From NCBI RefSeq assembly GCF_056746865.1, contig NZ_CM163382.1: 64,000 bases of DNA; one strand, 5' to 3'. Shown here piece after piece: positions 1-13,511 of this stretch (position 1 is the first letter of the stretch; every line of letters starts with the position of its first letter). The notes beneath the pieces are model-generated. The model was not told where the DNA came from, did no database searches, and was given only the letters and a program-made list of their open reading frames with translations. A program made the position numbers and the translations under genes.

Positions 1-2134
1 TTGGGCAATCATGGAGGAAGATCAGGTCAAGATCGGAACTGTAGCCTAACTCCCAGCCGCCCAGCTTGCCGTAGCCGACCACCGCAAAACCACGCCCTTC
101 GCGTTCGTTCAGGTGATTTGGCTTACCGTAGCGGACAACCATTTGAACCCACGCCTGCTGAACGACGGCATCTATCATAGCCTCCGCCAGCCAGGTTAAG
201 TGATCGCTCACTTTCATTACCGGTAGCGTACCGGCGATATCCGCTGCCGCAATACGTAACAGTTGCGCCTGTTTGAACTGACGCAGCGCCTCAAGCTGTT
301 GTTCTTCGTCATCTTCCGGCACGCGCAGCAAATACTGGCGCAGTTCATCACGGTAGGCATCCGTCGCCGTCGGCTGGTAGAGAGTGTTTGGATCGAGCAG
401 TTCGTCCAGCAATAATGGATAACGCGCCAGTTGGCTGGCAATCATCGGCGATGCGGCACACAGAGAAATCAAATGTTTAAGCGCCGCGGGGAATTCACTG
501 AGCAATTCTAAATAGGTGGTGCGGGTAACAATCCCCACCAGCAAGGCGGTAATGCGCGACAGCGTGACAGCAGCGTCTTCACGCGCACATACATCACTTA
601 GCAGATGCGGCATCAGATGGTCGAGCACCTGACGCCCGCGCGGCCCAATAGTGCGCTTATCCAGCTCTTTGCGGAAATCAGCAATCAGCGTCAGCACCTG
701 TTTGCGATCATCTTCGCTAAGATGCGCCAGCACTGGCGTAGTGTCATCTTCCTGCAACGCATCCTGCCACAGCTCACGCCACTGTTCCGACAGCGACTCT
801 TCCTGAGTTTCGCTTTCGTCGTCGCCAATCAATTCATTAAACACCCGGCGCACATTGGTCATATGTACGGTCAGCGCCCCGGTCAGTTGCGGCCAGTCAG
901 CAAAGTCCATCGCCCACGCCAGCCGCGCACGGTTAAGCTCATCAGAAGGAAGCGTCTGGGTTTGTTCGTCGTTAATACTTTGCAGCAGGTTTTCCAGACG
1001 CCGCAGGAACAGATACGCCACTCGCAATTGTTCAGCATCGTTTTCAGAAAGCAGATGCAGCGCGGCAATGGCGCTGAGCGTTGGCAGTAAAGAGCGCGAT
1101 TGCAGCGACGGTTCGCGCCCGCCGCGAATGAGCTGGAATACCTGGACGATAAATTCAATTTCGCGAATGCCACCCGCGCCAAGTTTGATGTTGTCGGTCA
1201 AACCACGTCGACGCACTTCGCGGGCAATCATCCCTTTCATATTGCGCAGCGACTGGATGACGCTGAAATCGATGTAACGGCGGAAAACAAACGGGCGCAG
1301 CATCGCACGCAACTCGTTAGCATAGACGCCTTCGCTATCGCCCATAATCCGCGCCTTGACCATCGCGTAACGCTCCCAGTCGCGCCCCTGCTCCTGGTAA
1401 TAATCTTCCAGCGCCGCAAAGCTCAGCACCAGCGGGCCACTTTCGCCAAACGGACGCAGCCGCATATCCACGCGATAGACGAAGCCATCCTGCGTTGGTT
1501 GATCCAGCACTTTAATCAGCCGCTGCCCCATGCGGGTAAAAAACTGCGCGTTATCCAGTTCCCGGCGTCCGCCCTGCGTACAACCATGTTCTGGCCAGGC
1601 AAAAATCAGATCGATATCTGAGGAGAAATTCAGTTCCCCACCGCCCAGCTTACCCATGCCTAAAATCAGCAGCGGTTGCGCTTCGCCCTGCGCATTGCAC
1701 GGCGTTCCCCACTCGCGGCAGCAAGCGTCATACAGCCAGTCACGCGCCGCAACAATCAGCGTCTCCGCCAGATGGCTGAGCTGCTGCAATATGCTCTCTT
1801 CAGTAACCAGTGCCAGCGTTTGCGCCCAGGCGATGCGCACCATAATGCGCCGCCGGAATAGCCGCAGTTCACGCATTAACCCGGCTTCGTCACTCACATT
1901 ACTGAGCGCCTCCTGCAACCAGGCAGCGTAATGCTGCCATTCGTCGGCCTGCGGCGGCTGGCTTTGCAGTTCCGTCAGCCACTCTGGATGCGCAATTACG
2001 CTGTCCTGCACAAAATCACTGAAAGTAAGTACTGACTTCGCCTGTGCGCTAAGTGATTCCTCGGCTAAAGGCTCTGGCAGCCGCTCAACAACGGTCTGCC
2101 AGTACTGCTGTAACGGTGAAGAGAGCGGCTTCAT
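1..2134 (-). CDS. glnE: Glutamine synthetase adenylyltransferase GlnE, partial (C-terminus runs off the window start)
   Basis: Minus-strand ATG at 2132-2134 translates [12 protein letters not shown]; frame stays open to position 1; sits next to ygiF as in E. coli. Not in the ORF track because no stop lies in the window. Confidence 0.85.
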
Positions 2135-2156
2135 AAGCGATTTTATCCTTGCCTGA

Positions 2157-3458
2157 TTAACGTTTTCCGCTGTGCAACCAGAACGGTTCCTGATTGTTTG
2201 CCTCATTACGGAAATGTTCAATTTCAATGCGTTGCCCGGTCGCAATAGCGTGACGCAGCCCCTGCCAGTTCTCCAGCCAGGCTTGCGCGACGAGAGGATC
2301 GTAGTAACCCGCCAGCAACAGTATTGAGTCAATATCACGCGTCAGGCGTGGCAACTGGTCACGGTAGCGATCCCCCAACGGCTGGCAGAAAACGCTTTTC
2401 AGTTCAGCGGCATGGCGGGAAAGATGGATATCGGCAAAGCGTTTGAAGGAATCGCTCATTTTACTCTGCGCTTTGGCATCTAAAAACGGCTGCCAGGCTT
2501 TGCTTACCAGCCATTCGGTCAATGCCAGCTTCGCCATTGCCGTTTCGGTAGAGTAGACCGCCGTCACGGCAGAAACCGCTGAAGCGATGGTCGCTTCGCA
2601 TTGAGTCAATAAATCACGTAAGTGAGTGCTCGCTTTACGCGGCACAATGCCACCGAACAACATCAGCGTATGACGGACCAGGCCAATGGCTGCCAGCACC
2701 TGCTCTTTCGCCGCATCATTGCCGCGTACCCATAGTTCTTCATGATACTGCCATTGCGCTAACGCCAGCTCGAGCGCCGCTTCCAGCCCCTGCTCGACAT
2801 CCGCTTTTGCCGCAACATGTAAAATGGTGGTCGGTTTAATTTCACGCGCGGGATTACCCTGCGCCAAATGATAGCCACGCGCCGCTTTGCTCAGGCTGCC
2901 CTGGCGTAATCCGGTTTGCGATACCAGTTGGTTCGCCAGTTTCAGCACCGCGCGCGTGTCGCCGCTAAGCAGTTCCAGTTCCAGCTCGCAGATAGGTTCA
3001 GCAAATTCACCCGCTTTCACTTCCCCCTGGTCGAGGGCGATTTCAATTTGGCTACCATCAACCTCTACCAGCCACTTTTCGCGATAAAAATCGGTGCTGA
3101 ACAGCGGTTGTACGCGGGAAGCGAGATCGGCAGGCAATTCGCCGTTCGGCCAGACTTCCGTCGGTAACTGCGCCAGGTCGAGCGTCGGTTCGCTCAACGA
3201 CACGTTATATTCCGGGCGCTGGTGTAAGCCGCCTGTCACTCTTCCTGCAACTTTCATGGTCATCTCATAGCGACCGTTTTCGCCACGAATACGCAAGCCC
3301 ATGTCGTGCCCACGCAGCCAGTTATCCGGCGTTTCGTAGTAAATATTCAACAACTGCACGGGGTCATGGTGCTCGCCGCCCAGCGTATTGAGATGGTCAC
3401 GCAACGCCTCAACGGCACTGTGATTAACAATAAACTTTAATTCGATTTCCTGAGCCAT
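2157..3458 (-). CDS. ygiF: Inorganic triphosphatase (CYTH domain)
   Basis: 433 aa [16 protein letters not shown]..., matches remembered YgiF; conserved position between glnE and ygiM. Confidence 0.9.
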
Positions 3459-3699
3459 GGCCTTTACTTATCGGTTATGTCACATAAGTGACGATGAACG
3501 GCGAACTTAATGCGATCTTTTTTGTCAGTAGATAGTATTTTGCGCCAAATTGCCATGCAACGGGCAATTTGACGGGCGTAAAAGTTTGAAGCAGTGGCAA
3601 GACCTGACACAGAGGATTCCGATTGATGTCGAATGCTTTGCGTAGCGACACTGATGCCACTACTATCGTTCCACTTTCCATGACAATAACGACAGCCTG

Positions 3700-4320
3700 A
3701 TGCCAAAATTACGCCTGATCGGATTAACTTTACTCGCACTTAGCGCGACTGCCGTCTCACACGCTGAAGAAACGCGCTATGTTTCCGACGAACTGAATAC
3801 CTGGGTCCGTAGCGGTCCGGGAGACCATTATCGCCTCGTGGGCACGGTTAACGCCGGCGAGGAAGTGACCTTATTACAAACTGACGCCAACACCAATTAT
3901 GCCCAGGTGAAAGACAGCTCTGGCCGTACCGCCTGGATCCCGTTGAAACAACTTAGCACAGAGCCAAGCCTGCGCACCCGTGTGCCAGATCTGGAAAATC
4001 AGGTCAAAACCCTGACTGATAAGCTCACCAATATCGATAACACCTGGAATCAGCGCACCGCAGAAATGCAGCAAAAAGTGGCGCAGAGCGACAGCGTGAT
4101 CAACGGGTTAAAAGAAGAAAATCAGAAACTGAAAAACGAGCTGATTGTCGCGCAGAAAAAGGTCGATGCCGCCAGCGTACAGCTGGATGACAAACAGCGC
4201 ACCATCATCATGCAGTGGTTTATGTATGGCGGTGGCGTGCTGGGGCTTGGCTTGCTGCTCGGTCTGGTACTGCCGCACCTGATCCCAACGCGCAAACGCA
4301 AAGATCGCTGGATGAACTAA
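3700..4320 (+). CDS. ygiM: SH3-domain membrane protein YgiM
   Basis: 206 aa, signal peptide, coiled-coil, C-terminal TM segment; divergent from ygiF. Confidence 0.85.
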   Translation: MPKLRLIGLTLLALSATAVSHAEETRYVSDELNTWVRSGPGDHYRLVGTVNAGEEVTLLQTDANTNYAQVKDSSGRTAWIPLKQLSTEPSLRTRVPDLENQVKTLTDKLTNIDNTWNQRTAEMQQKVAQSDSVINGLKEENQKLKNELIVAQKKVDAASVQLDDKQRTIIMQWFMYGGGVLGLGLLLGLVLPHLIPTRKRKDRWMN

Positions 4321-4383
4321 ATCGCCTTCTTCGTTGCACTGTCTTATTATTAGGAATTGTGTATTTGACGAAGGGAAAATGGC

Positions 4384-5622
4384 GTGAAGATTTATCTGGT
4401 CGGTGGTGCTGTTCGGGATGCATTGTTAGGGCTACCGGTCAAAGACAGAGATTGGGTGGTGGTCGGCAGTACGCCACAGGAGATGCTCGACGCGGGCTAC
4501 CAGCAGGTAGGCCGCGATTTTCCTGTTTTTCTGCATCCGCAAACCCATGAAGAGTATGCGCTGGCACGAACCGAACGGAAATCCGGTTCCGGTTACACCG
4601 GTTTTACCTGCTATGCCGCACCGGATGTCACGCTGGAAGATGATCTTAAGCGGCGCGATCTGACCATTAATGCGCTGGCCCAGGACGATAACGGCGAGAT
4701 TATCGACCCGTACAACGGTCTGGGCGATCTGCAAAATCGTCTGTTGCGCCATGTTTCCCCCGCTTTTGGCGAAGATCCGTTACGCGTACTGCGCGTGGCG
4801 CGTTTTGCTGCGCGTTATGCCCACCTCGGTTTTCGTATTGCCGATGAAACTCTGGCGCTGATGCGCGAGATGACCCACGCGGGTGAACTGGAACACCTGA
4901 CGCCTGAACGGGTGTGGAAAGAGACGGAAAGCGCCCTCACTACCCGCAATCCCCAGGTGTTCTTCCAGGTACTGCGCGATTGCGGCGCACTGCGCGTTTT
5001 ATTCCCGGAAATTGACGCCCTGTTTGGCGTTCCGGCCCCTGCCAAGTGGCATCCGGAAATCGACACCGGTATTCACACCTTAATGACGCTCTCAATGGCG
5101 GCGATGCTGAGTCCGCAGGTCGATGTCCGTTTCGCAACGCTATGCCACGATCTCGGTAAAGGACTGACGCCACCAGAACTTTGGCCGCGTCATCATGGTC
5201 ATGGCCCGGCGGGTGTTAAGTTAGTGGAACAACTCTGTCAGCGTCTGCGCGTGCCAAATGAAATTCGCGATTTAGCCAGACTGGTGGCTGAGTTTCACGA
5301 TCTCATCCACACCTTCCCAATGCTGAACCCAAAAACCATCGTCAAATTGTTTGATTCCATTGACGCCTGGCGTAAACCGCAGCGTGTCGAGCAACTGGCG
5401 CTGACCAGTGAGGCTGATGTGCGCGGCAGAACCGGTTTTGAATCAGCGGACTACCCGCAAGGCCGCTGGTTGCGCGAAGCCTGGGAAGTGGCACAGTCAG
5501 TGCCGACAAAAGCCGTCGTTGAAGCGGGATTTAAAGGTGTGGAGATTCGCGAGGAGCTGACCCGACGGCGGATTGCGGCGGTAGCCAGCTGGAAGGAACA
5601 GCGTTGCCCAAAACCTGAGTGA
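4384..5622 (+). CDS. cca: tRNA CCA-adding nucleotidyltransferase
   Basis: 412 aa beginning [15 protein letters not shown] from a GTG start at 4384; HD-domain motifs. Confidence 0.92.
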   Translation: MKIYLVGGAVRDALLGLPVKDRDWVVVGSTPQEMLDAGYQQVGRDFPVFLHPQTHEEYALARTERKSGSGYTGFTCYAAPDVTLEDDLKRRDLTINALAQDDNGEIIDPYNGLGDLQNRLLRHVSPAFGEDPLRVLRVARFAARYAHLGFRIADETLALMREMTHAGELEHLTPERVWKETESALTTRNPQVFFQVLRDCGALRVLFPEIDALFGVPAPAKWHPEIDTGIHTLMTLSMAAMLSPQVDVRFATLCHDLGKGLTPPELWPRHHGHGPAGVKLVEQLCQRLRVPNEIRDLARLVAEFHDLIHTFPMLNPKTIVKLFDSIDAWRKPQRVEQLALTSEADVRGRTGFESADYPQGRWLREAWEVAQSVPTKAVVEAGFKGVEIREELTRRRIAAVASWKEQRCPKPE

Positions 5623-5636
5623 GTGTTGGATATTTT

Positions 5637-5670
5637 GCCGGATGCGGCGTGAACGCCTTATCCGGCCTAC
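5637..5670. repeat. REP (repetitive extragenic palindromic) element
   Basis: gccggatgcggcgtgaacgccttatccggcctac between cca and uppP, the canonical enterobacterial REP sequence. Confidence 0.7.
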
Positions 5671-5712
5671 GCAATCGTTGACAATTCCACGCATCCGACA
5701 CTGTTCTTTACC

Positions 5713-6534
5713 TCAAAAGAACACGACATACACCGCAGCCGCCACAATAAAGCGATAAATGGCGAACGGTATAAACGAAATGCGCTTAATCAATTGCAGG
5801 AAGGTTTTAATCGCTATCAGCGCCACCACAAAAGCGGTGATAAACCCAACGGCAAACATCGGGATATCGCCGGTTGTCAGGAAGCCCCAGCTTTTGTAGA
5901 GATCGAGCGCCGTTGCGCCCATCATCATCGGCACCGCCAGCAGGAACGAAAACTCGGAAGCAGCGTAACGGCTCACCCCCATCAGCATCCCACCTGAAAT
6001 GGTCGCCCCGGAGCGAGAGAAACCCGGCCACAGCGCCAGACACTGGAAACAGCCAATCATAAACGCCTGACGATAGGTCATATCATCGAGACCCGGCGCA
6101 CGCGGCTCTTTCGGCTTCAGGCATTCAGCGGCAATCAGCAACAGACCGCCAACGACCAGCGCATACATCACATTTATTGGATTAAACAACGACTTAATCG
6201 TGTCGTGGAACAACAGCCCCAATACTACCGCTGGGATCATGCCAAGCAGAATGTGGATCAGCGTTAAACGACCTTTGCTTTCTCCTTCGTGCTGCAACGG
6301 GCGGCCAAAGTGGATGCCAATCAGGCCAAACAGACGCCGCCAGAACATCACTACTACCGCCAGAATTGATCCTAACTGGATCACAACCTCAAAGGTTTTC
6401 GCCGTGTCGCCCTCAAACCCCAACAAGTGACCGACAATAATCATATGGCCCGTGCTGGATACCGGCAGAAATTCTGTCAATCCTTCGACCACACCCAATA
6501 TTGCCGCTATCAGCAGCGAGTGCATATCGCTCAT
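5713..6534 (-). CDS. uppP: Undecaprenyl-diphosphate phosphatase
   Basis: Polytopic membrane protein [30 protein letters not shown]...; start taken at the second Met of the track ORF. Confidence 0.9.
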
Positions 6535-6624
6535 CAATAAACCCCTAAATTATTAAAATGTACCGCTTGTCCGAACTACTGCAGTATGACCAGGTTTTAA
6601 CCGTTTGGTTTAACAGCTGTAAAA

Positions 6625-6993
6625 TTAATTATTTTCTTTCAGATTATTGCCACGCTCAATGATTACGCCAACATTCGCCGCCCGCGCCACTGCGCCTGGC
6701 TTGCTGAGTTTGATACGCACCCACGGCGAGTTGAAGCGTGCTAACAGCAGCTCCGCCACCTCTTCCGCCACACGTTCCACCAGCGCAAAACGCGCCCCCT
6801 CGACGTGGCTGACTACCGTTTCTGCAATGTCAGCGTAACTGAGGCAATCCGCCACATCATCACTTTTCGCCGCTTTACGGTTATCCCACGCCATTTCGAT
6901 ATCGAACACTAACTTCTGTTCGATGGTCTGTTCCCAGTCGTAAACACCAATAGTGGTGATTACCGAAAGTTGCTCTATAAATACAATATCCAT
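6625..6993 (-). CDS. folB: Dihydroneopterin aldolase
   Basis: 122 aa MDIVFIEQLSVITTIGVYDWE...; start at second Met of the track ORF. Confidence 0.9.
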   Translation of the reverse strand: MDIVFIEQLSVITTIGVYDWEQTIEQKLVFDIEMAWDNRKAAKSDDVADCLSYADIAETVVSHVEGARFALVERVAEEVAELLLARFNSPWVRIKLSKPGAVARAANVGVIIERGNNLKENN

Positions 6994-7097
6994 CACGTCC
7001 TGCCTGCTTTTTGGCTAACCGGATACCACTTCCGGCGAAATGTGCGTATTATCCACAGATTCATCGTTGAACACGAATTTTCAAAACGGAACAGCTT

Positions 7098-7715
7098 ATG
7101 AGTGCAATCGCGCCTGGAATGATCCTCATCGCGTACCTCTGCGGCTCCATTTCCAGTGCCATTCTGGTTTGCCGCTTGTGTGGGCTGCCCGATCCGCGAA
7201 CCAGCGGCTCCGGCAATCCAGGCGCAACCAATGTGTTACGTATCGGTGGCAAGGGAGCAGCCGTAGCAGTACTGATTTTCGACGTTCTGAAAGGAATGTT
7301 GCCTGTCTGGGGCGCGTATGAATTAGGTGTCAGCCCCTTCTGGCTAGGCTTAATTGCCATCGCCGCCTGCCTTGGACACATCTGGCCCGTTTTCTTCGGT
7401 TTTAAAGGAGGAAAAGGCGTTGCTACCGCTTTTGGTGCCATCGCACCAATTGGCTGGGATCTCACCGGAGTAATGGCGGGAACCTGGTTACTGACCGTGC
7501 TATTGAGCGGATACTCGTCGCTGGGAGCGATTGTCAGTGCACTGATTGCTCCGTTTTATGTCTGGTGGTTTAAGCCACAATTCACCTTCCCGGTTTCGAT
7601 GCTCTCTTGCCTGATCCTGCTGCGTCACCATGACAACATCCAGCGTCTGTGGCGTCGTCAGGAGACAAAAATCTGGACGAAATTCAAAAGAAAGCGCGAA
7701 AAGGATCCCGAGTGA
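7098..7715 (+). CDS. plsY: Glycerol-3-phosphate acyltransferase PlsY
   Basis: 205 aa membrane protein [24 protein letters not shown]... Confidence 0.9.
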
Positions 7716-7727
7716 TTTCTGGTGGAT

Positions 7728-8660
7728 CTACATAACCTGATAGCCTTCGTCGGGCTTGCCCAGCCGTTGCTGGCACCATGCCGCCAGAAATTCCACGCAG
7801 ACACGTAATTTCATGCTGCGATAGAGCGGCTCCCGGTAAACAGCCCAGATATTGGCGCTTTGTGCATACTCCGGCAATACTCGCACCAGTTTGCCACTCT
7901 CCAGAAACGGCAACACATCCCACTCGGAACGCAACATAATCCCTTTGCCCTCCAGCGCCCATTGCAACACTATCTCGCCGCTATTGGAGGAAAGATGCCC
8001 GCTTACCTTCACCGATTTTTTCTCCTGACCGTTCCCCAACTCCCATATTCCGTGGGTCATATCGCGCTCTTTGGTCACCAGACAATCATGACGACTTAAT
8101 TCCTGCAAGGATTGTGGCTGCGGATATTTTTGCAGATACTCAGGTGCAGCACATAATATTCGTTTATTTTTTGTCAAAAGATGCGCAATATAATAATCAG
8201 GAATTTCGTCATTAATACGAATATCCAGATCAATATTATCCTGCACTAAATCAATTTGCCGATCGAACAATTCAAAATGCACCTGTAACTCAGGATAATT
8301 GCGCATCAGTTCGGTAATAGCTGGCGCAATATGGCTGCGCCCAAAACCAAAACTACAGCCAATACGAATCATCCCCTCCGGGCGCGTTTTGATTTGCGTA
8401 ACGTCATCGACCAGTCGCTGATATTGGGTGAGGATTTCCAGCGCATGCTCGTAACAACGTTGGCCACTTTCAGTCAGCGCCACGCCGCGAGCGGAGCGGT
8501 TCAGCAGCGTTGTTGCCAGCGTATTTTCAAGGATTTGGATCCGCTTGGTGACAAATGCAGGCGTTTGCCCAAGCGTCGCCGCTGCGGCGCTAAAACTCCC
8601 GCTGTGGACGATTTCTACCAGTACCTGCAAATCTTTGGCTAAAGGCCAGCTATTCAGCAT
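7728..8660 (-). CDS. ttdR: LysR-family transcriptional activator of tartrate genes
   Basis: 310 aa with N-terminal HTH; divergent from ttdA. Confidence 0.88.
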   Translation of the reverse strand: MLNSWPLAKDLQVLVEIVHSGSFSAAAATLGQTPAFVTKRIQILENTLATTLLNRSARGVALTESGQRCYEHALEILTQYQRLVDDVTQIKTRPEGMIRIGCSFGFGRSHIAPAITELMRNYPELQVHFELFDRQIDLVQDNIDLDIRINDEIPDYYIAHLLTKNKRILCAAPEYLQKYPQPQSLQELSRHDCLVTKERDMTHGIWELGNGQEKKSVKVSGHLSSNSGEIVLQWALEGKGIMLRSEWDVLPFLESGKLVRVLPEYAQSANIWAVYREPLYRSMKLRVCVEFLAAWCQQRLGKPDEGYQVM

Positions 8661-8866
8661 CGTTAATTATCCGCAGTTGTGATAAGCGCAGTGTATTTCG
8701 CAAAACATTGCCATTCCCTGCTCTGGCGCAATATTCATTCTTATTTTCGCGTTGATTCACGAACTGTGAATTACATATTCACGGCGGCAAAAAATATAAA
8801 ACCACATTTTTAGTGGTAGTTTGTGGCGGTGAATTTTTCCAGACAAATACATAAACTGGAGTTGCC

Positions 8867-9778
8867 ATGATGAGCGAAAGTAATAAGCAACAGGCAGTGA
8901 ATAAGTTGACGGAGATTGTCGCTAACTTTACCGCCATGATTTCTACCCGAATGCCCGATGACGTGGTGGACAAACTAAAACAGCTAAAGGATGCCGAAAC
9001 GTCGTCGATGGGGAAAATCATCTACCACACGATGTTCGACAACATGCAAAAAGCGATCGACCTGAATCGCCCAGCCTGTCAGGACACCGGCGAAATCATG
9101 TTTTTCGTTAAAGTCGGTTCCCGTTTCCCGCTGCTTGGCGAGCTGCAAAGCATTCTTAAGCAAGCCGTGGAAGAAGCAACCGTCAAAGCGCCACTGCGCC
9201 ACAACGCGGTGGAAATTTTTGACGAAGTGAACACCGGCAAAAATACCGGCAGCGGCGTACCGTGGGTCACCTGGGATATCGTCCCCGACGGTGACGATGC
9301 GGAAATCGAAGTTTACATGGCAGGCGGCGGCTGCACGTTGCCTGGTCGTTCGAAAGTGTTAATGCCGTCGGAAGGCTACGAAGGCGTGGTGAAATTCGTC
9401 TTCGAAAATATCTCCACCCTCGCCGTAAACGCCTGTCCACCGGTACTGGTAGGCGTGGGCATCGCCACCTCGGTGGAAACCGCCGCTATGCTCTCACGTA
9501 AAGCCATTTTGCGCCCAATTGGCAGCCGCCACCCCAATCCGAAAGCGGCAGAGCTGGAGCTACGCTTGGAAGAAGGACTCAACCGTCTGGGGATTGGTCC
9601 ACAAGGGCTGACTGGCAACAGTTCAGTGATGGGCGTGCATATCGAATCTGCCGCTCGCCATCCGTCAACCATCGGCGTTGCTGTTTCTACAGGCTGCTGG
9701 GCGCATCGTCGCGGCACACTGCTGGTTCATGCCGATCTCTCCTTTGAAAATCTGTCTCACACCCGGAGCGCGTTATGA
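8867..9778 (+). CDS. ttdA: L(+)-tartrate dehydratase alpha subunit
   Basis: 303 aa; Fe-S hydro-lyase alpha family; stop overlaps ttdB start (ATGA). Confidence 0.9.
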
Positions 9779-10380
9779 AAAAGATCCTGACAACCCCGAT
9801 CAAAGCTGAAGATCTGCAAGATATTCGCGTCGGCGATGTGATCTACCTGACCGGTACGCTGGTGACCTGCCGTGACGTTTGTCACCGCCGCTTGATCGAA
9901 CTGAAACGTCCGATCCCTTACGATCTCAACGGCAAAGCGATTTTCCACGCTGGCCCCATCGTGCGCAAAAACGGCGACAAATGGGAGATGGTATCCGTCG
10001 GCCCGACAACCAGTATGCGTATGGAAAGTTTTGAACGTGAATTTATCGAACAGACCGGCGTGAAACTGGTGGTCGGCAAAGGCGGAATGGGGCCGCTGAC
10101 CGAAGAAGGCTGCCAGAAATTCAAGGCGCTACATGTGATTTTCCCGGCAGGCTGCGCAGTACTGGCGGCAACCCAGGTGGAAGAGATTGAAGAAGTGCAC
10201 TGGACAGAACTCGGGATGCCGGAGTCACTGTGGGTCTGCCGGGTCAAAGAGTTCGGCCCGCTGATTGTCTCTATTGATACCCACGGCAACAACCTGATAG
10301 CCGAAAACAAAAAGCTGTTCGCCGAACGCCGCGATCCCATCGTGGAAGAGATTTGCGAGCACGTCCACTACATCAAATAA
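9775..10380 (+). CDS. ttdB: L(+)-tartrate dehydratase beta subunit
   Basis: 201 aa; translationally coupled to ttdA. Confidence 0.9.
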
Positions 10381-10428
10381 CCCTCCCGGAGAGGCTCACC
10401 CCCTCTCCTTTTTCGCAGGCATAACACG

Positions 10429-11892
10429 ATGAAACCTTCCACTGAATGGTGGCGATACCTTGCGCCGCTGGCGGTCATCGCCATTATTGCTCTACTTCCG
10501 CTTCCCGCAGGGCTGGAGAGTCATACCTGGCTCTACTTTGCTGTTTTTACTGGCGTGATCGTTGGACTGATCCTCGAACCCGTGCCGGGTGCCGTGGTGG
10601 CGATGGTGGGTATCTCCATTATCGCCATTCTCTCTCCCTTGCTGCTGTTCAGCCCGGAGCAGCTCGCCCAGCCAGGTTTTAAGTTCACCGCCAAATCCCT
10701 CTCCTGGGCGGTTTCTGGTTTTTCTAATTCGGTTATCTGGCTGATTTTCGCCGCCTTTATGTTTGGTACGGGCTATGAAAAAACCGGGCTTGGACGTCGC
10801 ATCGCGCTGATTCTGGTGAAAAAGATGGGGCATCGTACGCTGTTTCTCGGCTATGCAGTGATGTTCTCCGAGCTGATACTTGCGCCTGTAACACCGTCCA
10901 ACTCGGCGCGTGGTGCGGGGATTATCTATCCCATCATCCGTAACCTGCCACCGCTCTATCAATCACAACCAAACGACAGCAGTTCGCGCAGCATTGGCTC
11001 GTACATCATGTGGATGGGGATTGTTGCCGACTGCGTGACCAGCGCCATTTTCCTGACGGCGATGGCACCTAACTTGCTGTTAATTGGCCTGATGAAAAGC
11101 GCATCTCACGCCACGCTGAGCTGGGGCGACTGGTTCCTCGGGATGTTGCCGCTCAGCATTTTACTGGTTCTGCTGGTTCCCTGGCTGGCTTACGTGCTGT
11201 ACCCGCCGGTACTGAAGTCTGGTGATCAGGTGCCGCGCTGGGCAGAGACGGAACTGCAGGCAATGGGCCCGCTCTGTTCGCGTGAAAAACGGATGCTGGG
11301 GCTGATGGTAGGCGCGCTGGTGCTGTGGATTTTCGGCGGTGATTATATCGATGCCGCGATGGTCGGTTACAGCGTGGTGGCGCTGATGCTGCTTCTGCGC
11401 ATTATCAGTTGGGACGACATTGTCAGTAATAAAGCCGCGTGGAACGTTTTCTTCTGGCTGGCCTCGCTTATCACCCTCGCTACCGGACTCAACAACACCG
11501 GTTTTATTAGCTGGTTTGGCAAACTGTTAGCAGGCAGCTTAAGCGGTTATTCGCCGACGATGGTGATGGTGGCGTTGATTGTGGTCTTTTATCTGCTGCG
11601 CTACTTCTTTGCCAGCGCCACGGCGTATACCTCCGCTCTCGCGCCGATGATGATTGCCGCCGCGCTGGCGATGCCGGAAATCCCGCTGCCGGTGTTCTGC
11701 CTGATGGTTGGCGCGGCAATTGGTCTGGGGAGCATTCTTACGCCATACGCCACCGGACCCAGTCCGATTTACTACGGTAGTGGTTATCTGCCAACGGTGG
11801 ATTACTGGCGACTGGGGGCAATTTTTGGGCTGATATTCCTCGTGTTGCTGGTGATTACCGGCTTACTGTGGATGCCCGTGGTGTTGCTTTAA
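10429..11892 (+). CDS. ttdT: Tartrate/succinate antiporter
   Basis: 487 aa polytopic membrane protein directly after ttdAB. Confidence 0.88.
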   Translation: MKPSTEWWRYLAPLAVIAIIALLPLPAGLESHTWLYFAVFTGVIVGLILEPVPGAVVAMVGISIIAILSPLLLFSPEQLAQPGFKFTAKSLSWAVSGFSNSVIWLIFAAFMFGTGYEKTGLGRRIALILVKKMGHRTLFLGYAVMFSELILAPVTPSNSARGAGIIYPIIRNLPPLYQSQPNDSSSRSIGSYIMWMGIVADCVTSAIFLTAMAPNLLLIGLMKSASHATLSWGDWFLGMLPLSILLVLLVPWLAYVLYPPVLKSGDQVPRWAETELQAMGPLCSREKRMLGLMVGALVLWIFGGDYIDAAMVGYSVVALMLLLRIISWDDIVSNKAAWNVFFWLASLITLATGLNNTGFISWFGKLLAGSLSGYSPTMVMVALIVVFYLLRYFFASATAYTSALAPMMIAAALAMPEIPLPVFCLMVGAAIGLGSILTPYATGPSPIYYGSGYLPTVDYWRLGAIFGLIFLVLLVITGLLWMPVVLL

Positions 11893-11934
11893 GTGAGGAC
11901 GGTGCCGGAAGTGACTCTCCGGCACCTAAGAGTT

Positions 11935-12948
11935 TTACGCGGCCGGTAACTCTGCCAGCGGCCAGCGCGGACGCACGCTAACGCCAAGATCCGCCGTCGC
12001 GCCTGCTTTAAACCGCACCATTCCGGCATAGGCGATCATCGCGCCGTTATCAGTACAAAATTCCGGACGCGCGTAGAACACTTCGCCACGGCGTTTTTTC
12101 ATCATTTCAGCCAGCTTCGCCCGTAACGTGCGGTTAGCACTCACGCCACCTGCCATTACCAGTCGCTTAAAGCCCGTCTGATCCAGCGCTCGCTTACACT
12201 TAATCATCAACGTATCGACCACCGCATCTTCAAAGGCGCGGGCGATATCAGCACGCGTCTGGTCGTCGGTGCCGTTATCACGAATGGTATTTGCCGCGAA
12301 GGTTTTCAGACCAGAAAAGCTGAAATCCAGCCCCGGACGGTCGGTCATCGGGCGCGGGAAGACAAAGCGCCCGGCAGTACCCTGAGCCGCCATTTTCGAC
12401 AGTAATGGCCCGCCAGGATAATCCAGCCCCAGCAGCTTCGCGGTTTTGTCAAACGCTTCCCCGGCGGCATCATCAATAGACTCGCCGAGCAGCTCATACT
12501 GACCAATGCCAGTGACGCTGATTAACTGCGTATGACCGCCGGAAACCAGTAGCGCCACAAACGGAAATTCCGGTGGGTTATCTTCCAGCATCGGCGCTAA
12601 CAGATGCCCTTCCATATGGTGTACCGGGATCGCCGGAACGTCCCAGGCAAACGCCAGAGAACGCCCCACGGTCGCGCCAACCAGCAGCGCGCCGACTAAT
12701 CCAGGGCCTGCGGTATAGGCCACAGCATCAATGTCTTTTGCCGTTAAACCAGACTCCTTTAGCGCCGCCTGGATCAACGGTACGGTTTTACGCACGTGAT
12801 CGCGGGAGGCCAGTTCAGGCACGACGCCGCCGTAGTCAGCGTGCAATTTCACCTGACTATACAATTGGTTGGCTAACAAACCTTTTTCATCGTCGTAAAT
12901 GGCGATGCCGGTTTCATCGCAGGAAGTTTCAATACCCAGTACACGCAT
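11935..12948 (-). CDS. tsaD: tRNA N6-threonylcarbamoyladenosine synthase TsaD
   Basis: 337 aa [20 protein letters not shown]...; divergent from rpsU. Confidence 0.92.
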
Positions 12949-13146
12949 GACTTGTTTTACCTCGCTTTATTACCGCGCAGTGTAGGACCAATGCGGGTTG
13001 ATGTAAAACTTTGTTCGCCCCTGGAGAAAGCCTCGTGTATACTCCTCACCCTTATAAAAGTCCCTTTCAAAAAAGGCCGCGGTGCTTTACAAAGCAGCAG
13101 CAATTGCAGTAAAATTCCGCACCATTTTGAAATAAGCTGGCGTTGA

Positions 13147-13401
<255 letters not shown>

Positions 13402-13448
13402 TTCCCCGAGAGCGTTGCTCTCCGATCAGACCGAGTTGTAGTTGTAAG

Positions 13449-13487
13449 GCCGTGCTTCCGAAAGGAATGCGCGGCTTATTTTCGTTT
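13449..13487 (+). terminator. Intrinsic (partial) terminator between rpsU and dnaG
   Basis: GC-rich stem gccgtgc ... gcgcggc (one G-U pair) followed by ttattttcgttt; matches the known attenuating terminator position in the rpsU-dnaG-rpoD operon. Confidence 0.55.
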
Positions 13488-13511
13488 ATGAATTGCTAAA
13501 AATCGGGGCCT

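Noticed and set aside
605-1931. Plus-strand ORFs of 133-173 aa (605-1090, 1100-1621, 1530-1931)
   Set aside because: They lie antisense within glnE, whose minus-strand frame is continuous from 2134 to the window edge.
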